Shown here: in pieces, positions 42,050-59,380 of the stretch
How the letters are laid out: the number at the start of each line of letters is the position of its first letter
How positions within the stretch are numbered: position 1 is the stretch's first letter
Program-made: the position numbers and the translations under genes
Notes under the pieces: model-generated
Told to the model about the DNA's origin: nothing
Seen by the model: only the letters and a program-made list of their open reading frames with translations
Database searches by the model: none
Source: the human T2T-CHM13v2.0 reference genome, Homo sapiens
Assembly: GCF_009914755.1 (NCBI RefSeq)
Contig: NC_060936.1
Strand: one strand, 5' to 3'
Length of the DNA: 64,000 nucleotides

Positions 42050-43727
<1,678 letters not shown>

Positions 43728-43877
43728 TATTTTTTTTTAAGTCAGGTATACTTTATTCATTCATCCAGTTCAAAGTACAAGTGAAGTTTCCTATAGGATG
43801 TGAGAGATTTAATATATAATCACATACAGTTTTACTAAATTCCATTATGCTGAGTTCTAATTGCTTCCTATTGCATT

Positions 43878-43939
43878 AGTCATTGTGGTTTTTCCATTAA
43901 AAGTAATGGCAAAAACTGCTAATTTTGCACCAACCTGAT
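43878..43939. mobile_element. MADE1 fragment
   Basis: ATTGTGGTTTTTCCATTAAAAGTAATGGCAAAAACTGC..TTTTGCACCAACCT. Confidence 0.8.
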
Positions 43940-44554
43940 ATTTACAACCACGTCAGCTTGGCTCATGGGGTCCTCCGGAATCTGCCTGGCATCCACCTTT
44001 CCAGCCTCAGCTCCTGCTCAGCTTTCTTTCTGTCCATGGAAACTAAGCTTGTTCTCACCCTGGGCTTTTGCTCTTCCTCTTTACACTGATCTTTATGTGG
44101 CTGGCTTCTTTTTCATCATTCCATTCTCAGCTCAAAAGTTACTGGCCATTAGAACTGAAAAGGCCTTCCTGTCACCTTTTATCAAATCACCCAGTTTTAT
44201 TTCTTCATAGCATTTTTCATTATCTAAAATTATGAATGAATTAATTAATTCATGTATTACTAAAAAACTTATTAATGTCCATCTCCAACTGTCCTTCCTG
44301 AACATCTTGAATAGAAGCCTCCTAATGGCAGGTACTTTTCCATCTTGTCACTGTTTACCCCAGCGCTTAAATCAGTGCCTGATGCACAGGGAAAGTAGGA
44401 TTGAGAGAGTGGAGACACTTCATTCAGGGAATGTGGATTGAGGGAGCAGAGACAATTCATTCCGGGAACATGGCCAACTTGTAAAGCATTAAATGATCTT
44501 AGAGACACTTTCATCACCACGTATGCCTCCGCCTATGCCTCCTTCCTGTAGATC

Positions 44555-44950
44555 CTGGATCAGCTAGGGTAACACTGCCAGGTGTATCTTATTCTCAGTG
44601 GCTTGATATAAGACAAGTCTGTTTCTTGCTCATGTCATGGTGCGATGTGATTTTCTGTTGGGTAGGCTCCCGTGTGCTCATTTAGGGACCTAGATTCCTT
44701 TCAACTTGTGACTTTCTCTGAGTCTAGGAATTTGGTGCTCTCTTCATTCAGTTAGCAGATGGGGAAGGAGACCATGGAGAAGACATGGGTATAGTTTAAC
44801 GATTTCACCCATGAAGTGGTACCTATCATCTCACTCTCATTCCGCCGGCCAACTTCAGCCACACAGGCTTCTTGTAACTGCCATGGAGACTGGGGAAAGC
44901 ACTCTAGCTGTGAGCCCAGGAGAAAAGGAAATGGGATTTGATGAACAGAG
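44555..44950 (-). mobile_element. Old MLT1 (J-like) LTR
   Basis: TCTCAGTGGCTT...TTTCTTGCTCATG...GGAGACTGGGGAAAG..TCTAGCTGTG.GCCCAGGA. Confidence 0.55.
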
Positions 44951-45577
44951 CATCATCCTCCAGGAAAGACTGCCCTCTTTCCCTCACTTGATCTATGGCC
45001 CAAACTCTTCTTAAGAAATCAGAATCTTTCTTTGGGGGCCACTTCTGGTTGTAAGCTCTGATTCAATTCACTGGCTTTCCTCAGAAATGCTCCACCAGCC
45101 CCCTGAAATCCTATTTTCTTTCATTTTCTTTTAGCCAGTCACTGTTCTTGCTGCACTTACTAAACGTTAATTTTAGAGCCTCTGAGCCTCTGATATTGAT
45201 TCCCTTAGTCTTGGTCCACTTCTTCTTATTCGTAGATTCATCTAATAGCTTGTGCCTTTGATCTGTATTTTCTCATCTCCCTGACTCATCATATCCATGT
45301 CTGCCTTAGCTTTGCACAGCACTATCACTCCTCTAATCCTTGGCACCAGTTTGTCTGCATTCAGCTCGCTCTAGTCTCTTTGCAATATCTCCATTGGGAG
45401 AGGTTCTATATGCTTCTTCATATTAACTGCCACTCCTGTTTTCCCTGGGAAGTCTAGACAATATAACTCTCTTTCACATTGAAGTGTCATCTTTATGACA
45501 ATTGATCAGCACGCTTTTGGAAATTTCCCACAGCCATTCATCAGAGCCTACTCTCATTATAGCCACATAGTAAAATT

Positions 45578-45778
45578 ATGAAAGGAAAAGAGCATGTGCC
45601 TTGGGATTAAATAGATCTGGATTTAAATTCATATTCTCATTTATTAACTGAGTCATCCCATGGAGATGGCGGTAATACTTACGTTTAGGTTTATTGTAAA
45701 GATTAAGTACAATAACAGAGTGCTTGTTATTATCATTACAGCACTCTGGCAGATAGTAGTTTCTCAATAAATATTGAT
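45578..45778 (+). mobile_element. MIR
   Basis: GGAAAAGAGCATGTGCCTTGGG..AGATCTGGATTTAAATTC...TTGTAAAGATTAAG...CTGGCAGATAGTAG..CTCAATAAAT. Confidence 0.7.
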
Positions 45779-46739
45779 GGGTGACCCCACTACTCTCAGA
45801 TATTATTCTTATTCATAAATGGGAGTTCTGGAATAGATAATACAATGTCTGGCAAAATGGAACAATGTTCTAATTTGACTTTATAATGGCAGGTAGCCTC
45901 TGAATGAGAATTTTGCTTTGCAGAATGTGGAGTAGATACTGAGGGATTGGTTCGTTAAGCCAGCATCCGGACAGTAGTAGGCTAGAAGGAATCAGGGCCA
46001 CCACATAGGACTGCAGTCTGTGTACTGCATAACTCAAAGGGGTGCCATTCTTAGAGCTAGTAAGTGAATGACACCTCTGGGAACTATTCAATGGACAACC
46101 CTGGGGAAACTGATTAGACTTGGTTGAAATAACTTCCTTGGCTTCCTTCATCACAGTTCAGACAAATAAGGTTTCCCAGCTATATGCTTTACATGACTCA
46201 AGCTCCATTTAAATTATTTTTCTTTGGGTTAAAAAAAAATATATGACATATGATGCTAACAGAGGATCAAAAAGTCACCATTTAAATGTTCAAATAATTG
46301 TAAACATTATTTAACTAAATTTAATTATTTCTCAAACTTGGTAGATTAGGCTGCATGTTAATACAAACTCACTGTGAAGAGAAAATGAAAATAAGAGCAT
46401 TTTATTTCTTGATAATTCTTAGATACTTGATATTCTTTGAAAACAATGCATAGAATGACGATTGATACACATTGTCTGGTTCAACAAACAAAATGTATTT
46501 TTCTCCTCTTACTGCCCATTCTAACATACTCAAGTTAAGGCTCCCCTATAGCATAGATGTAATTTCCTAGACCTGCTTAGACAAGTACCAGAAGGGAACA
46601 TGTTTCAGATTTATAGATATTAGTGTGCTGTAAGTACCATGGAAAAAGGCAATGTGTTACTTGAAATTATAAATTCTCACCAGAAGTACTGGTGTGGTTT
46701 TATATAGTTGCTGCCCTGATACCATACGGTTGTGAATGT

Positions 46740-47600
46740 TTTACAGATTTTTTATGTAGTCCAAAGAAAACAAATTACAACAATTCCCTCCTGCACTGTC
46801 AATTAGGTGAGCAGATGTGACTGCTAAGAGGCAAGTTCTTTGGGGAGCCATTGCTGTGTTACTGAAATTAAAATTGCACCGGATGTTAGGGGCTCCCAGT
46901 CCAAACCCCCTAATTACATTTACCAAAGCAAATCATTTTTAAAAAATGACTGCTGCTTTACTGGTAAAGATTTAGAAGATATCATCTAACAGTCCATTAA
47001 GGATGAAGGCAAAATGATCAAATGTCAGTTACTATGATTTTTACACTTCCTTAAAGGTGTCAAGGTTCTTTGGAGGTGCTCCTATTTTAATTTTCTCAGT
47101 TCGGTGAAAATGAACTTGCCCCCACTAAGGCTGGCTTTGCTATTTGGCTCATCCTCTGACATTTTTATAGCTCCCACGTGTCTGAATCTTTCAGATTCAA
47201 TTTAAGTGGAGAAGAAATAAAATAACTTGAAAACAGTCTTGTTAGCTTCATATTCTATCAAATTAATAAAAGGTCTTGTCCCTGTGTGCAGCTCTCCCAC
47301 CGGCTGCCCCCACATTTTTATTAGGAGGGAGGATTTCTTTGTCTGGCTTGGATTTGTGTGTGTACTGGCCAGGCCAAGCTCTCTTCATTTGCTAAATAGA
47401 AACTTAATGCACATAAAATTAATGATAAATCTGATTATGGTGATTTGCATAAATTAGAAGACATTTTTATTAATTTCTGAGGGCTTATCTCTACAAGAGG
47501 GGACATATAAATTTGGACACTAATTAAGCCAAGATTACCTTTGTTAATGAACATAAGCATTCATTAAGCTTTCTAATGAAAAGAGGGGTGCACACTGGTG
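46740..47600. promoter_or_regulatory. Candidate developmental enhancer (unique, homeodomain/POU motif-dense)
   Basis: No recognisable repeat; octamer ATTTGCAT at 47443-47450, several TAATTA/ATTAAT, CTGTCA and GATAA motifs. Confidence 0.35.
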
Positions 47601-48105
47601 GGGGAAGGCACTGTACTGTAGGCTCCAGCAGAAATAATAAAGTTGTGTTGTGATATTTTATAACACCAGGGTGGCCCACTTGTATTAAGAATATTCTTGT
47701 TAGTTTGGAATTTTTTCACAACAAATAAAGCCAAAAAAACTGTACACCTATTTCCTTTGAAGGAAGAGGGATATGAAAGGGAAAGAATGTCTTCTGTTCT
47801 TGGTAAAAAATTAGAATGAATAATTTGTCCCAAGGATAAATCAATGTGCATTCTTAATTAGCTCCAGATTATAGTGATCTTGTTCTTCAATTGATCTTAA
47901 TTTTAGATACACTTTCTTCTCTGTTTCTTCTACGTTAGTTGTTTCTCAATTTTATTGGCTGGCTGCATTTTATCAATGCTAAAAAGAGATGTGGAAAACT
48001 GGGAGCAGGTCAAAAGCAAAGTTACTCAAGAAACTTATGGAGTGTAAAAGACAAGGCAGGGTCAACCCTGATCAGGATTTTGAAAAAGGTAAAATTTGCT
48101 TCTAG

Positions 48106-48573
<468 letters not shown>

Positions 48574-48857
48574 TAGGAGTCATTCTATACTCTGAACCTC
48601 TCCCTGTCTTCTTCCATTCATCAAACCTACTTGTTCTATGGCCCAGGGTTTGCTCAGGACCTTGTTGGGTGACAGGTTAAACTGATGAACAGAATCAGAG
48701 CAAATGTTCATGGCCAGAAGGAAGTTTGAATGAATTACTTCCCTGAAAGTAGAAGCAACATGTCACACTGTAAAGCACACAGGCTTAAGACTCATGTTCA
48801 ATTCCTGCCTGTAACACTTTCAAGATATTGTGACTTTAGACAAGTCATTTAAGTTTT

Positions 48858-49373
<516 letters not shown>

Positions 49374-49559
49374 TAAATGGAGCTAGTTGAGGGATTCAAA
49401 TGAGACCAAATAATAGCTGATATTTTAGTGTTTGCTATATGCTAGGCACTGTTCTAAAGGCTTTACATCTATTAATGCAGCATCGCACTGCCTACCCAGA
49501 ACAATGAGCATTACTATGCCCATTTTATAGAGGGAAAAAAACCCACACAGATGTTAGTT

Positions 49560-50220
49560 AATATAAACCATCTTGTTTCTTGCCTGGGTTATTGCAATAG
49601 ATTCCCAACTGGTCTTCCTGTTTTCATCATCTGTCTCTTCAATGTATCCTTAACACAACAAGGGAGAATAATCCTGCTGAAACTTGAGTCAGATCTTGTC
49701 ACTACTCTACTTAAAATCTTTCCACCTTATCCAGAGTAAAAGCCAAAATCCACCCTATGTTCTACAAGGCTGCCTCTCTGGCTTTTTCTTATCCCACTCT
49801 CTCCCTCACTTGCTCAAGTCAGTTACTGTGACCTTGGACACCACCTTTCCCCTTACTTAGGGTCATCACCCCGGGCAGCTTTTGCCCCTGGATGTGTTTC
49901 CCCCAATTATCTACATGATTCCTTCCTTTGAGTCTTTTTTTTTCCTCAAAATTCATCTTCTTAGTAAGCCTTCCTTGGTCACTATATGTAAATGTGCAGC
50001 TCACACCTCCAATTTTTCGGCTACCCCTTCTCTGCTTTATATTTTTTCTCCTTAGCACCTATTGCGGTCTAGTATGCATGTGTCTACTTATTTGTTCACG
50101 GTCTACCTCTTCCACTGGCATATGAGATACATGATACAAAGAAGGACATTTGTTTGGTTCATTGTTATGTTTGTAGTGCCTGGTGCATTATGGTCATAAG
50201 TATTTGCTGAATGGATGAAT
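49560..50220 (+). mobile_element. L2 3' portion
   Basis: CCTGGGTTATTGCAATAG..CCCAACTGGTCTTCCTG, TCAGATCTTGTCACT.CTCT.CTTAAAA, TATTTGCTGAATGGATGAAT. Confidence 0.75.
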
Positions 50221-50496
50221 TACCTTGCCCCATGTCACACAACCAGTAAGAGGTAAGGTTCAATCTCAGGCTCTCTGATTCCAGAGTCTTAACCATGGAG
50301 CTTTATTGCTTTGTAAACTGTAAAATATTAAGCAAATAACCATTATGCATTATTTAGGGAGATAGTGATGGTGCATGGGAAGATCACACATACCCCACTT
50401 GTCTAAGCTCAGAGTCTGGGATGATATGACTCCCTGCCTACTAGCAAAGAAATAATTGGGGATGTAGGACTCATGAAAAGGTAGACCATCATTTTC

Positions 50497-50791
50497 TTTC
50501 TTTTCTTTTTTGATACAGGGTCTCACTCTGTCACCAAGGCTGGAGTGCAGTGATACAATTATAGCTCACTTCAGCCTCAAACTCCTGGGCTCAAGGGATC
50601 CAACCACCTCTGCCTCCCAAATAGCAAAAACTACAGGCATGTGCTACCGTGCCTGACTAATTTATTACTTTTTGTAGAGTCAGGGTCTTGCTATGTTGTC
50701 CAGGCAGGTCTCAAAGTCCTGGGCTCAAGCAATCCCCTTGCCTCGGCCTTCCAAATTATTGGGATTGCAGGCATTAGCAATTGTGCCTGGC
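50497..50791 (-). mobile_element. AluJo-like
   Basis: ATAGCTCACTTCAGCCTCAAACTCCTGGGCTCAAG; TSD cat(c/a)attttct. Confidence 0.88.
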
Positions 50792-52022
50792 ACATAATTT
50801 TCTGTTATATCTCTAATATCAGGTCACATGTCGAATGGCATAGGTAAAATCTAGCCCAGGGGTAGATATGGCTTCGAGTCACAGACACTGTAAGAAAGTC
50901 TTACAACAATTACTGTAGCTGCCACTCTCCACTGCAGCTAATTTCCATTGTTCTTTTCTGCCTTCCCTTTCTCTCACTTTCCTTTCCAGCCAGTTTTTCC
51001 AGTTCTCCATCTGTTCTACAGCCTGAGGGTGGCACTCCTGGTCTTTGTCATGCTGGTGTCATCCTAGTGAAGAGATGACTGACTGTTCTAGTCTGAACGA
51101 GATCACCCCTCCCCAAATCCTTCCCAGCTCTGAAATTATACTTCTGAAATATAAAGTACTTCTACATTAATAAATTGCTGTGTTCACACTATTATGGGTT
51201 TCAGGCTCCAGACTCAGAGACTGAAATCAAGAGAGAGAAAGAAATCTGGAAGACCAGAAGTGGAACAGATTAAAGGTTACATATCCTTACCAGCCAGTTG
51301 TTAATTTCTCTCATCATTAGATGGTTGGCTCCACACAAGCCCTACTTGGCACCCTGAGACCCCCAGCCTTGTATAAATGAAGCCATCCACCTGCCTCCTA
51401 CCACTTACCCTCTTGGTCCCATTGCTTGCTTTATTGGCCTAGTTATTCAACAGTCTATAAACCACTAACTACAACTATATTAAGTTTTAAGAATCAATTC
51501 CTAGGATTCCAGCAAAGAGTTTATTTATAACTGTTGCCAGTTTAGACATTGATAGGGAAAAAATGTCAGATATTTTTAGGAAATCCAGCTTAGACATTTT
51601 TAGGAAAAAAATGTTTCAGGTATAGCAAATTTCCCCCCCCAAAAAAAAAAAAAAAAAAAAACCAAAATCCTGGCATGTCCATATGCTTTTCAAAAGATTG
51701 AATTCACTCAGTGCGTTTTAAACATCAAGCAAAACAGCAAAAGATCCGTTTTCATCTTTCTTAGAGAATAGGAGGTCCCTTCCTTTGTGACCTTCTTGTT
51801 TTGCTTTTAGTCTTCCCTATATGACAACTTTCCTTCCAGCCACAGAGGACTGGCAGCTTTGGCACTCTGGAAGCCACGCTCCATGTAAGAGAGATGTGAG
51901 TGTTATTTATTGGCCAGGGGGTGAAGTCCTACTGATCTTGGTGATGGTCCAAGATCATTCATATCATTCATGTTGCAGATTGTTCTAATATTACTTTTTT
52001 TCTGTTGCCTGTAGGCACATCT

Positions 52023-52075
52023 TGTGTGTGTGTGTGTGTGTGTGTGTGTGTCTGTGTGTGTGTGAGAGAGAGAGA
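52023..52075. repeat. (TG)n(AG)n compound microsatellite
   Basis: Direct reading. Confidence 0.97.
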
Positions 52076-52763
52076 AATCTCTTAGAAACCAATCTTCTCA
52101 AAGAACACAAGAGGAATATAATAAATTCTCACTCATTGGTGAGCACTGATTGGGGCAGGGAAAGAGAAATAATTAGAATAATCATGATGATGATAATAGT
52201 TAACAGTTTTGAAACTTACAACATGTCAGTCACTATAGCTAAGTACTTTTTATATTATATCATTGAATTCTCACAGTCACTTATCTTACAGATGAGAAAA
52301 CTGAGACTCACATGTGAAGTACATTCCCCAAAGTCACTCAGCTAGTTAGAGTGCAGCTACCTTTCCTCTAACAACAACGATAATAAAAAAAAAAATAGTG
52401 TGGTTCTTTTTTTTGCCTTCCTTATACAGAGCAACAAACCTCCCTTTTAATTTCTGATTATTTATCTTACAAATTTCATGGAAATTCCCGTCTAAGGAAT
52501 TTTTTTTTCCTCTCAACCCTGTTTGAATCTGCCCCTTTCCCAGAATTTTTTTTTTTCTAGGCCACATAGCATGGTATTCTAGTAAAATCTACAAAGTATT
52601 TTGGATATACTTTGGCAAAGTGTGTTCAATTTCCATTGTGCAACTTTCCAAAGGTAAAAGCTGAGGCAAATATCTTAGTCCTTTGAGCCTCAGTTCCCCA
52701 CTTAAAAAAAAAAAGATAATAGCTCTTTCATAGGGTTGTTGTGATGATAAAATATGATAATGC

Positions 52764-53074
<311 letters not shown>

Positions 53075-53629
53075 ATGATAATGCATGTGTAACTTAAATA
53101 TTTTGGCCTTCCTGAAGTTGCCTACAGTTTCTGCTTTGTACAGCATTTCATTCAATAGAAACATACATCCACTTCTAAGAGTTCTTCAAAATGATACAAA
53201 TCATTATTGAAGTGTCTAAAATAGAAAGGAAGGACCAATCCCATTATTCAACATTTATCAAAGCTTCCTAAAAATTCTCTTCTCCCCCAAATTCTGCTTC
53301 ACAAGGCTACCACAACCTCTTTCCCAGGGCATTGGCTCTTCTTCATTGCTTTCTCTCCCTAAGGTCCCTACTCCACTACCATGTTGTCTAGTACTGCAGG
53401 ATGATAGTTTTGTTGTCTGGTTGCTAAGGAGACATTGTCTCAGTTATTTCTAAAGCAGTCTTGCTGGGGGCGAGTACATACAACAGCAAAAATATTGCCA
53501 TTTTTTTACTGTCCTTCTTTACTCACTTATCTCTCCTTTCATTATTTCCTGGATAGAAATGATTTATTGGAAGCCAATAGCATTTTTTTCTTTTTGTCTT
53601 GTATTTTATGACTATTTTGTCTAATTTTT

Positions 53630-53933
53630 CTTTTTTTTTCCTTTTCTTTTTTTGGAGATGGAGTCTCTCTCTGTCACCCAGGCTGGAGTGCAGTGACTTG
53701 ATCTCAGCTCATGCAACCTCCACCTCCTGGGTTCAAGTGATTCTCCTGCCTCAGCCTCCCAAGTGGCTGGGACTACAGGTGCATACCACCATGCCAGCCT
53801 AATTTTTGTATTTTTAGTAGAGACAGGGTTTCACCATGTTGGCCAGGCTGGTCTTGAACTCCTGTCCTCAAGTGATCCGCCTATCTCTGCCTCCCAAAGT
53901 GCTGGGATTATGGCATGAACCACCTACCTGGCC
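53630..53933 (-). mobile_element. AluSx/Sz-like
   Basis: Antisense full dimer; exact 17-bp TSD tattttgtctaattttt. Confidence 0.93.
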
Positions 53934-56389
53934 TATTTTGTCTAATTTTTCAAATAGAGTGAATTCATTATTTTAGTTTGGGATGTGTTAGGCTGCAAGT
54001 AACAGAAAAATGGACTCAGTGTGGCCTAAACAAATAGAAGTTGTTTTTCTTATATACAAAACATCAAGATGAAAGAAATTAGCTGCTACCATTGGTTTGG
54101 CAGCTCATTCTCTGCAGAGCCAAAGTCTGCTCTGGCTAGGTCTTTCATTGCAGCCAGAAAGCTTTGCTAGAAACTTGAGCTGATTTTTTTTCTTATATCT
54201 CATCAGCCTGAACTACGTTAAATGGCCATTTTTGGCTTCAGGGAAACCTGGGGAGATGGGAAAGCTTTGTGGGGGAAGTGGACAAGAGAGAAGGGAATTG
54301 AGATTAGGTCTTATGTCTGCCCCACTCCTTAAAGACAGAGTATGTAACTCGTTCAGTCCTTCCTCACTGTGCCTAATGTACTTCTGGGACATAGAGAGTA
54401 CTCAATCAATATCTGTTACATTAATTAATTTATTAATAGGTAATGGATGGATGAATGACTTTACAGCTGCAAAGGGCGTATAAGGCCTCAGATAGTAATC
54501 TTTAAAGTACCATCTGGAAGTCAGAATGCAGTGCAGATAATTTTCTCTGCCAGCATTAGGAAAAAATAACTTCTATGACCCACACCTGAATATTTGGAAA
54601 CTCTTCAAAAGGCTTAGGAAAGTTCAAAGGACTGCCGCCCATGAAGTTTGGTAATAATTGTATTAGCTGTGGAATCAGGGAAAATATTTCTAAAGAAATC
54701 TGGGGAAGTCAATGACCTAAAATAGATAAAATGATGACTTTTTATTGTTTGTTCCATTTAAACATTTACTTGTTTTTAACATAAAAGTTTTGAAGTCATA
54801 GAATCTATGAAAGGCTGGAAGAAGGCAAAGAAAAGATGAGGGTCTGAGTAGCAATGTTCACATGAAGCCAATGCCACTTGGCTTTATTCAGGGGTGTCCT
54901 TGAATCTTAGAACAACCTCTTCATGCATGGTCAGTACCCTCCTCGGAAAGTATGTATAGGTGCACTTTTTGTGGACTAGCTTCATTCTTGCCTTAGTTTT
55001 ATATCTTCATTGCTTTCTCTTTTTTTTCTCACTTATTTCTAATTTATTTACCTTATTTTATGTATCTTTAGAAGCTGTCGTAAGTCCTTTATGAATAAGG
55101 CAGGTTACAAATAACTAGTTAGTGATCAAGAATGGTGCTATTTTCTGTGCCTATTTCTGAAATCAAGAGCTGTAATGACTTGCATTTTAAAATAATTAAG
55201 CATATTCAGGAATAGTCACAGATTCTGAGACAGAACTGACATCAGAGATAATCCCAGAGTGTTAAAGATTACACTTGAAAATGAATCTAGGCTTCTTTGA
55301 AGTGTGACACATTGTAAATTCATGGGTGGTTTGTAATGTACTGCCAAGCTGTGAATTTGGGTACCTCATATGGTGTTCATATTTTTGACTGGCAAATCTG
55401 TTGTGTTCACAGTTGCCACCTCACCCTTCTCCAGCACTCACCCTAATATTCCTTAGTGATTACAAATTATGATTATTATGTCATTTGAATTTTTATCTTC
55501 AATTAGGTGTATAGGAAAATAAGTTTTTGTAGGACTTGGTTTGGATCTACGAAACAAATGTTATATAAATGTTTCTTTTCATTACTGCTTGTTAGACAAG
55601 AAATGAATCTTGCCAAAGCCTTATTTTAAAAAGAGCTAGTCTTGGGAACAATTCTTCATTTAGTGTAAATTCTCAGTCTGCATTGTCAAGTGAGTAGTAC
55701 TGAATACTTAACAGGTGGCTTAGCAATTGACGTGCAGAAGAAAAGAATTATTATAACACCTTAACCGTTTGCAGATGTCCTGGGTAGGAATATACATGCT
55801 TCTTTTGTTTCATAGTGCAGTCTTTTGTTTTCATGTTTAGTAATTTTTTTATTCTTAATGGACCTGTCTACAAATGAATCCAACTGGTTTTTTATTATGA
55901 CAAGGAGAATTTCAACTAGAGGGGGAAAAGTCTATCAATATAAGGAAGAGAATGAGAATTGACAGAAATTGAATAAATTTTTAAATTTCTATTTAGTTAA
56001 ACTAAGGGAATGTGATTGATAGTGAGCACAAAGGAAATGACATAAGGATTTAAGAATTTTCTGTTTCATGGTAGAGCTACTCTGGAACCTACATTTAAAT
56101 CTCTCTATTCTCAAGTTAGGCATTGGTTTTCAAGTATCACAATTCTGTTGTTAAATGAGATTTACTGGTGCACTTAGAAACATTACAAAGCTTTATTGTA
56201 GACTAGCTAGGTAAGCTGTTGTGTCTCCCCTTCCTCACTCTGTGGACCCTAGCCCCAGAGTATTAGGAAATATATGGTAACAGGAAATATTGATTCCCCA
56301 CAAAAAAACACAGAAGAATATGAATTCTTTTTGTGAGATTTGTTATAAGCCTCTAAAATACAAACACAAACCCCTAATGAAATAATGAA

Positions 56390-56900
56390 TCAAGGTCGTC
56401 ATGTTCAATGATTGCTGACATCACAGATGGGCAATAGAAAATCATGTAACACCTACTGGAAGTTTACAGTACCACCTATAAAGTTTTTTTTTGTCAAAAA
56501 ATTAAAGTTACATCATGCTTCTAGTTATAACTGCCAGTTTATAGTGAATAAACTAGAAAGAAAAATATATCAAAAAGCACCAGAGAAATTTAATAATCAA
56601 AATCCAGAATATGAGATACTCTGAGGACAAACAGTCTGGTGTCATTGACAAATGAATTGCAAGGAAAAGTGGGGGACAACTGTGGATGAGAGACTTAAAA
56701 TAAATATCAAACAAAAACAGTATGTGAGGCTTCTTGCTTAGAAGCTGATTTGAAGCCAACTATAGTTTTAAAAAATTGATACAAATGTGGAACTCTGAAT
56801 GCTGACTGGTTGGTTGTTTAATGATATTAAAAAATTATCAAGTTGTTCTGTGTGATGATAGCATTGAGATTATCTTTTTAAAGTTCTTGCCTTTTATAGA
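56390..56900 (+). mobile_element. Old L1ME 3' fragment
   Basis: AGAGACTTAAAA.AAATATCAA, GATATTAAAAAATTAT, TGTGTGATGATAGCATTG motifs. Confidence 0.5.
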
Positions 56901-57298
56901 GAATAAATGACTTTTATTATAATAACTGGAGCCCTAGACTGTCACTTTATTTAAAAAGACAAATAATCATGTACAAGACAGTACCATTGCCATTATGAGG
57001 AGAAATAGATTACAATCCTTATTATATACATATTAGCTATGTTCCATATGGTCACAGGATTTTCCTAAAACTATATCTGTCTGCTTTAAGTAGACTTGTG
57101 TTTGCTGAGAATGGAATGGCTTGTTTGAGTCTCCAGGATGACATTTTATAAAGATAACTGAGTTCTGTAGGAAAATAAAAAAGACAATTTTTAAATTGAC
57201 TAGATTCACTGTTACAATCTTATACTGTGAAAGTCTAAGAAATCAGGCAACATTGTTTCCTAGGTTTTTTCAGATATATTATTATGGATTTACAAAGG

Positions 57299-57624
57299 TT
57301 TTTTTTTGTTTTTTTTTTTGTTTTTGTTTTTTTTTGAGACCACGTCTCACTCTGTTGCCAAGTCTGGAGTGCGGTGGCTCAATACCGTTTACTGCAACCT
57401 CTGCCTCCCAGGTTCAAGTGATTCTCATGCCTCAGCCTCCCCAGTAGCTGGGACTACAGGTGTATGCCACCATGCCCAGCTAATTTTTGTACTTTTTTTT
57501 TTAAAGTAGCGATGGGGTTTCACCATGTTGACCAGGCTGGTCTCATACTCCTGACTTCAGGTGATCCGTCCGCCTCAGCCTCTCAAAGTGCTGGGATTAC
57601 AGGTGTGAACCACTGCGCCTGGCC
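57299..57624 (-). mobile_element. AluS
   Basis: Antisense full dimer. Confidence 0.9.
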
Positions 57625-58771
57625 TACATAGAATGCATGAAGAACACCACTAAAGTGCCTTTCTTTCTTCAAAGCAATATTATTTCCAAGTATATTAATT
57701 TGTTAGAAAACTTTCCCATGGGAAATATTGTCAGTTACCTGTACTGTAACAACTTATGTTCGGTATTCAAAATTTTCTACATGGATATAAACCACTCTCA
57801 TGTGCTCTCAGTAGGAGGCATTAGATAAACATACACAACAGTTGGGTTCCTTTGTACAAATGTGGGATAAGAAATACTTTCTTGACATTTTTCCATGGCC
57901 AAGTATTCCCATTAAAGTAAGAACAAGAATTGAAGAGATATTTTGTGTATAGAAAAATTTTCATTTAAAAAATATTATTGGTAATCTTGAAGGCATAGAT
58001 AATGGGCATGTCATAAAATTATCAATTATAACTGGCATTGAGGGGCTGTCCTTCCAAAACTAAACTGAACCTTACCTGGTTACAGATGTAGAACTAGATC
58101 ACTCCTTTTTCAAATATAGTGGAATCATCCAGTGCATATGTATACAAAGGATCTTGTGGATTATGTGATGATCACCTGCCTTCTTTGATTGCATTAATGC
58201 ATCATGCTAAACATTCAGCACAGGTTAACAATTCCAGATTTGTTTCTTCTTGAACAACTCAATGCTCTAAATTTTACTATGTGTTTAATAAGACCTTCCC
58301 AAATAAAAAATAATAATTTGGAGCTTTTCCTCTGCCCTCTACCATACATTTGCACCAGGAGGAAGATGGAATGAATATGCAGTGTTAAGTTGGTGTATGT
58401 GAACAGTGATTTGACATTATGCCAAAGAGAAAACTGCCCCAGTTAAATTCGGTTAAGTAAGATGGCTAAAAGTAAATAAGTTGAAACACTGGAAATTATT
58501 TTTCTCATGTTCTCTTGAGGCAATGAAGGGAATATGATACTACAGTATATGAAGTTGTTGGTGTTATACTATGCACAACATATTTTGACTATTTGAATAA
58601 ATGTTAAATTTTTAATCAATTTGTACCTTAATAGTGACTGGTTTTCTGTAAGTACAGAATAGATATGGATTGTATTTTGTGTCATTTTTTTGTCCTTTTA
58701 GTGATTTTTTAAAATGAGAGATGGAATTAACATTGAAAATGGGAATTTTTTCTAACCTAATCGTTACATGA

Positions 58772-59085
<314 letters not shown>

Positions 59086-59380
59086 CTTATTTATTTTTTT
59101 GGGGCAGAGTCCTGCTGTCACCCAGGCTGAAGGGTAATGGGGCGTTCTTGGCTCACTAAAACCTCCGCCTCCTGGGTTGAAGAGATTCTCCCACCTCAGC
59201 CTCCTGAGTAGCTGGGACTACAGGCACGTGCCATCACGCCCAACTAAGTTTTGCATTTTTAGTAGAGACTCTGTTTTACCATGTTGGCCGGGTTGGTCTC
59301 GAACTCCTGATCTCAAGCCATTCTCCTGCCTCGGTCTCCCAAAGTGCTGGGATTACAGGTGTGAGCCATCATGCCTGGTC
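59086..59380 (-). mobile_element. AluS (second of a tandem pair)
   Basis: Directly abuts the previous Alu in the same orientation. Confidence 0.88.

Noticed and set aside
44236-44253. 18-bp perfect palindrome ATGAATTAATTAATTCAT (similar ones at ~15878 and ~23902)
   Set aside because: Low-complexity (ATTA)n-derived sequence in or next to old repeats; expected from slippage.
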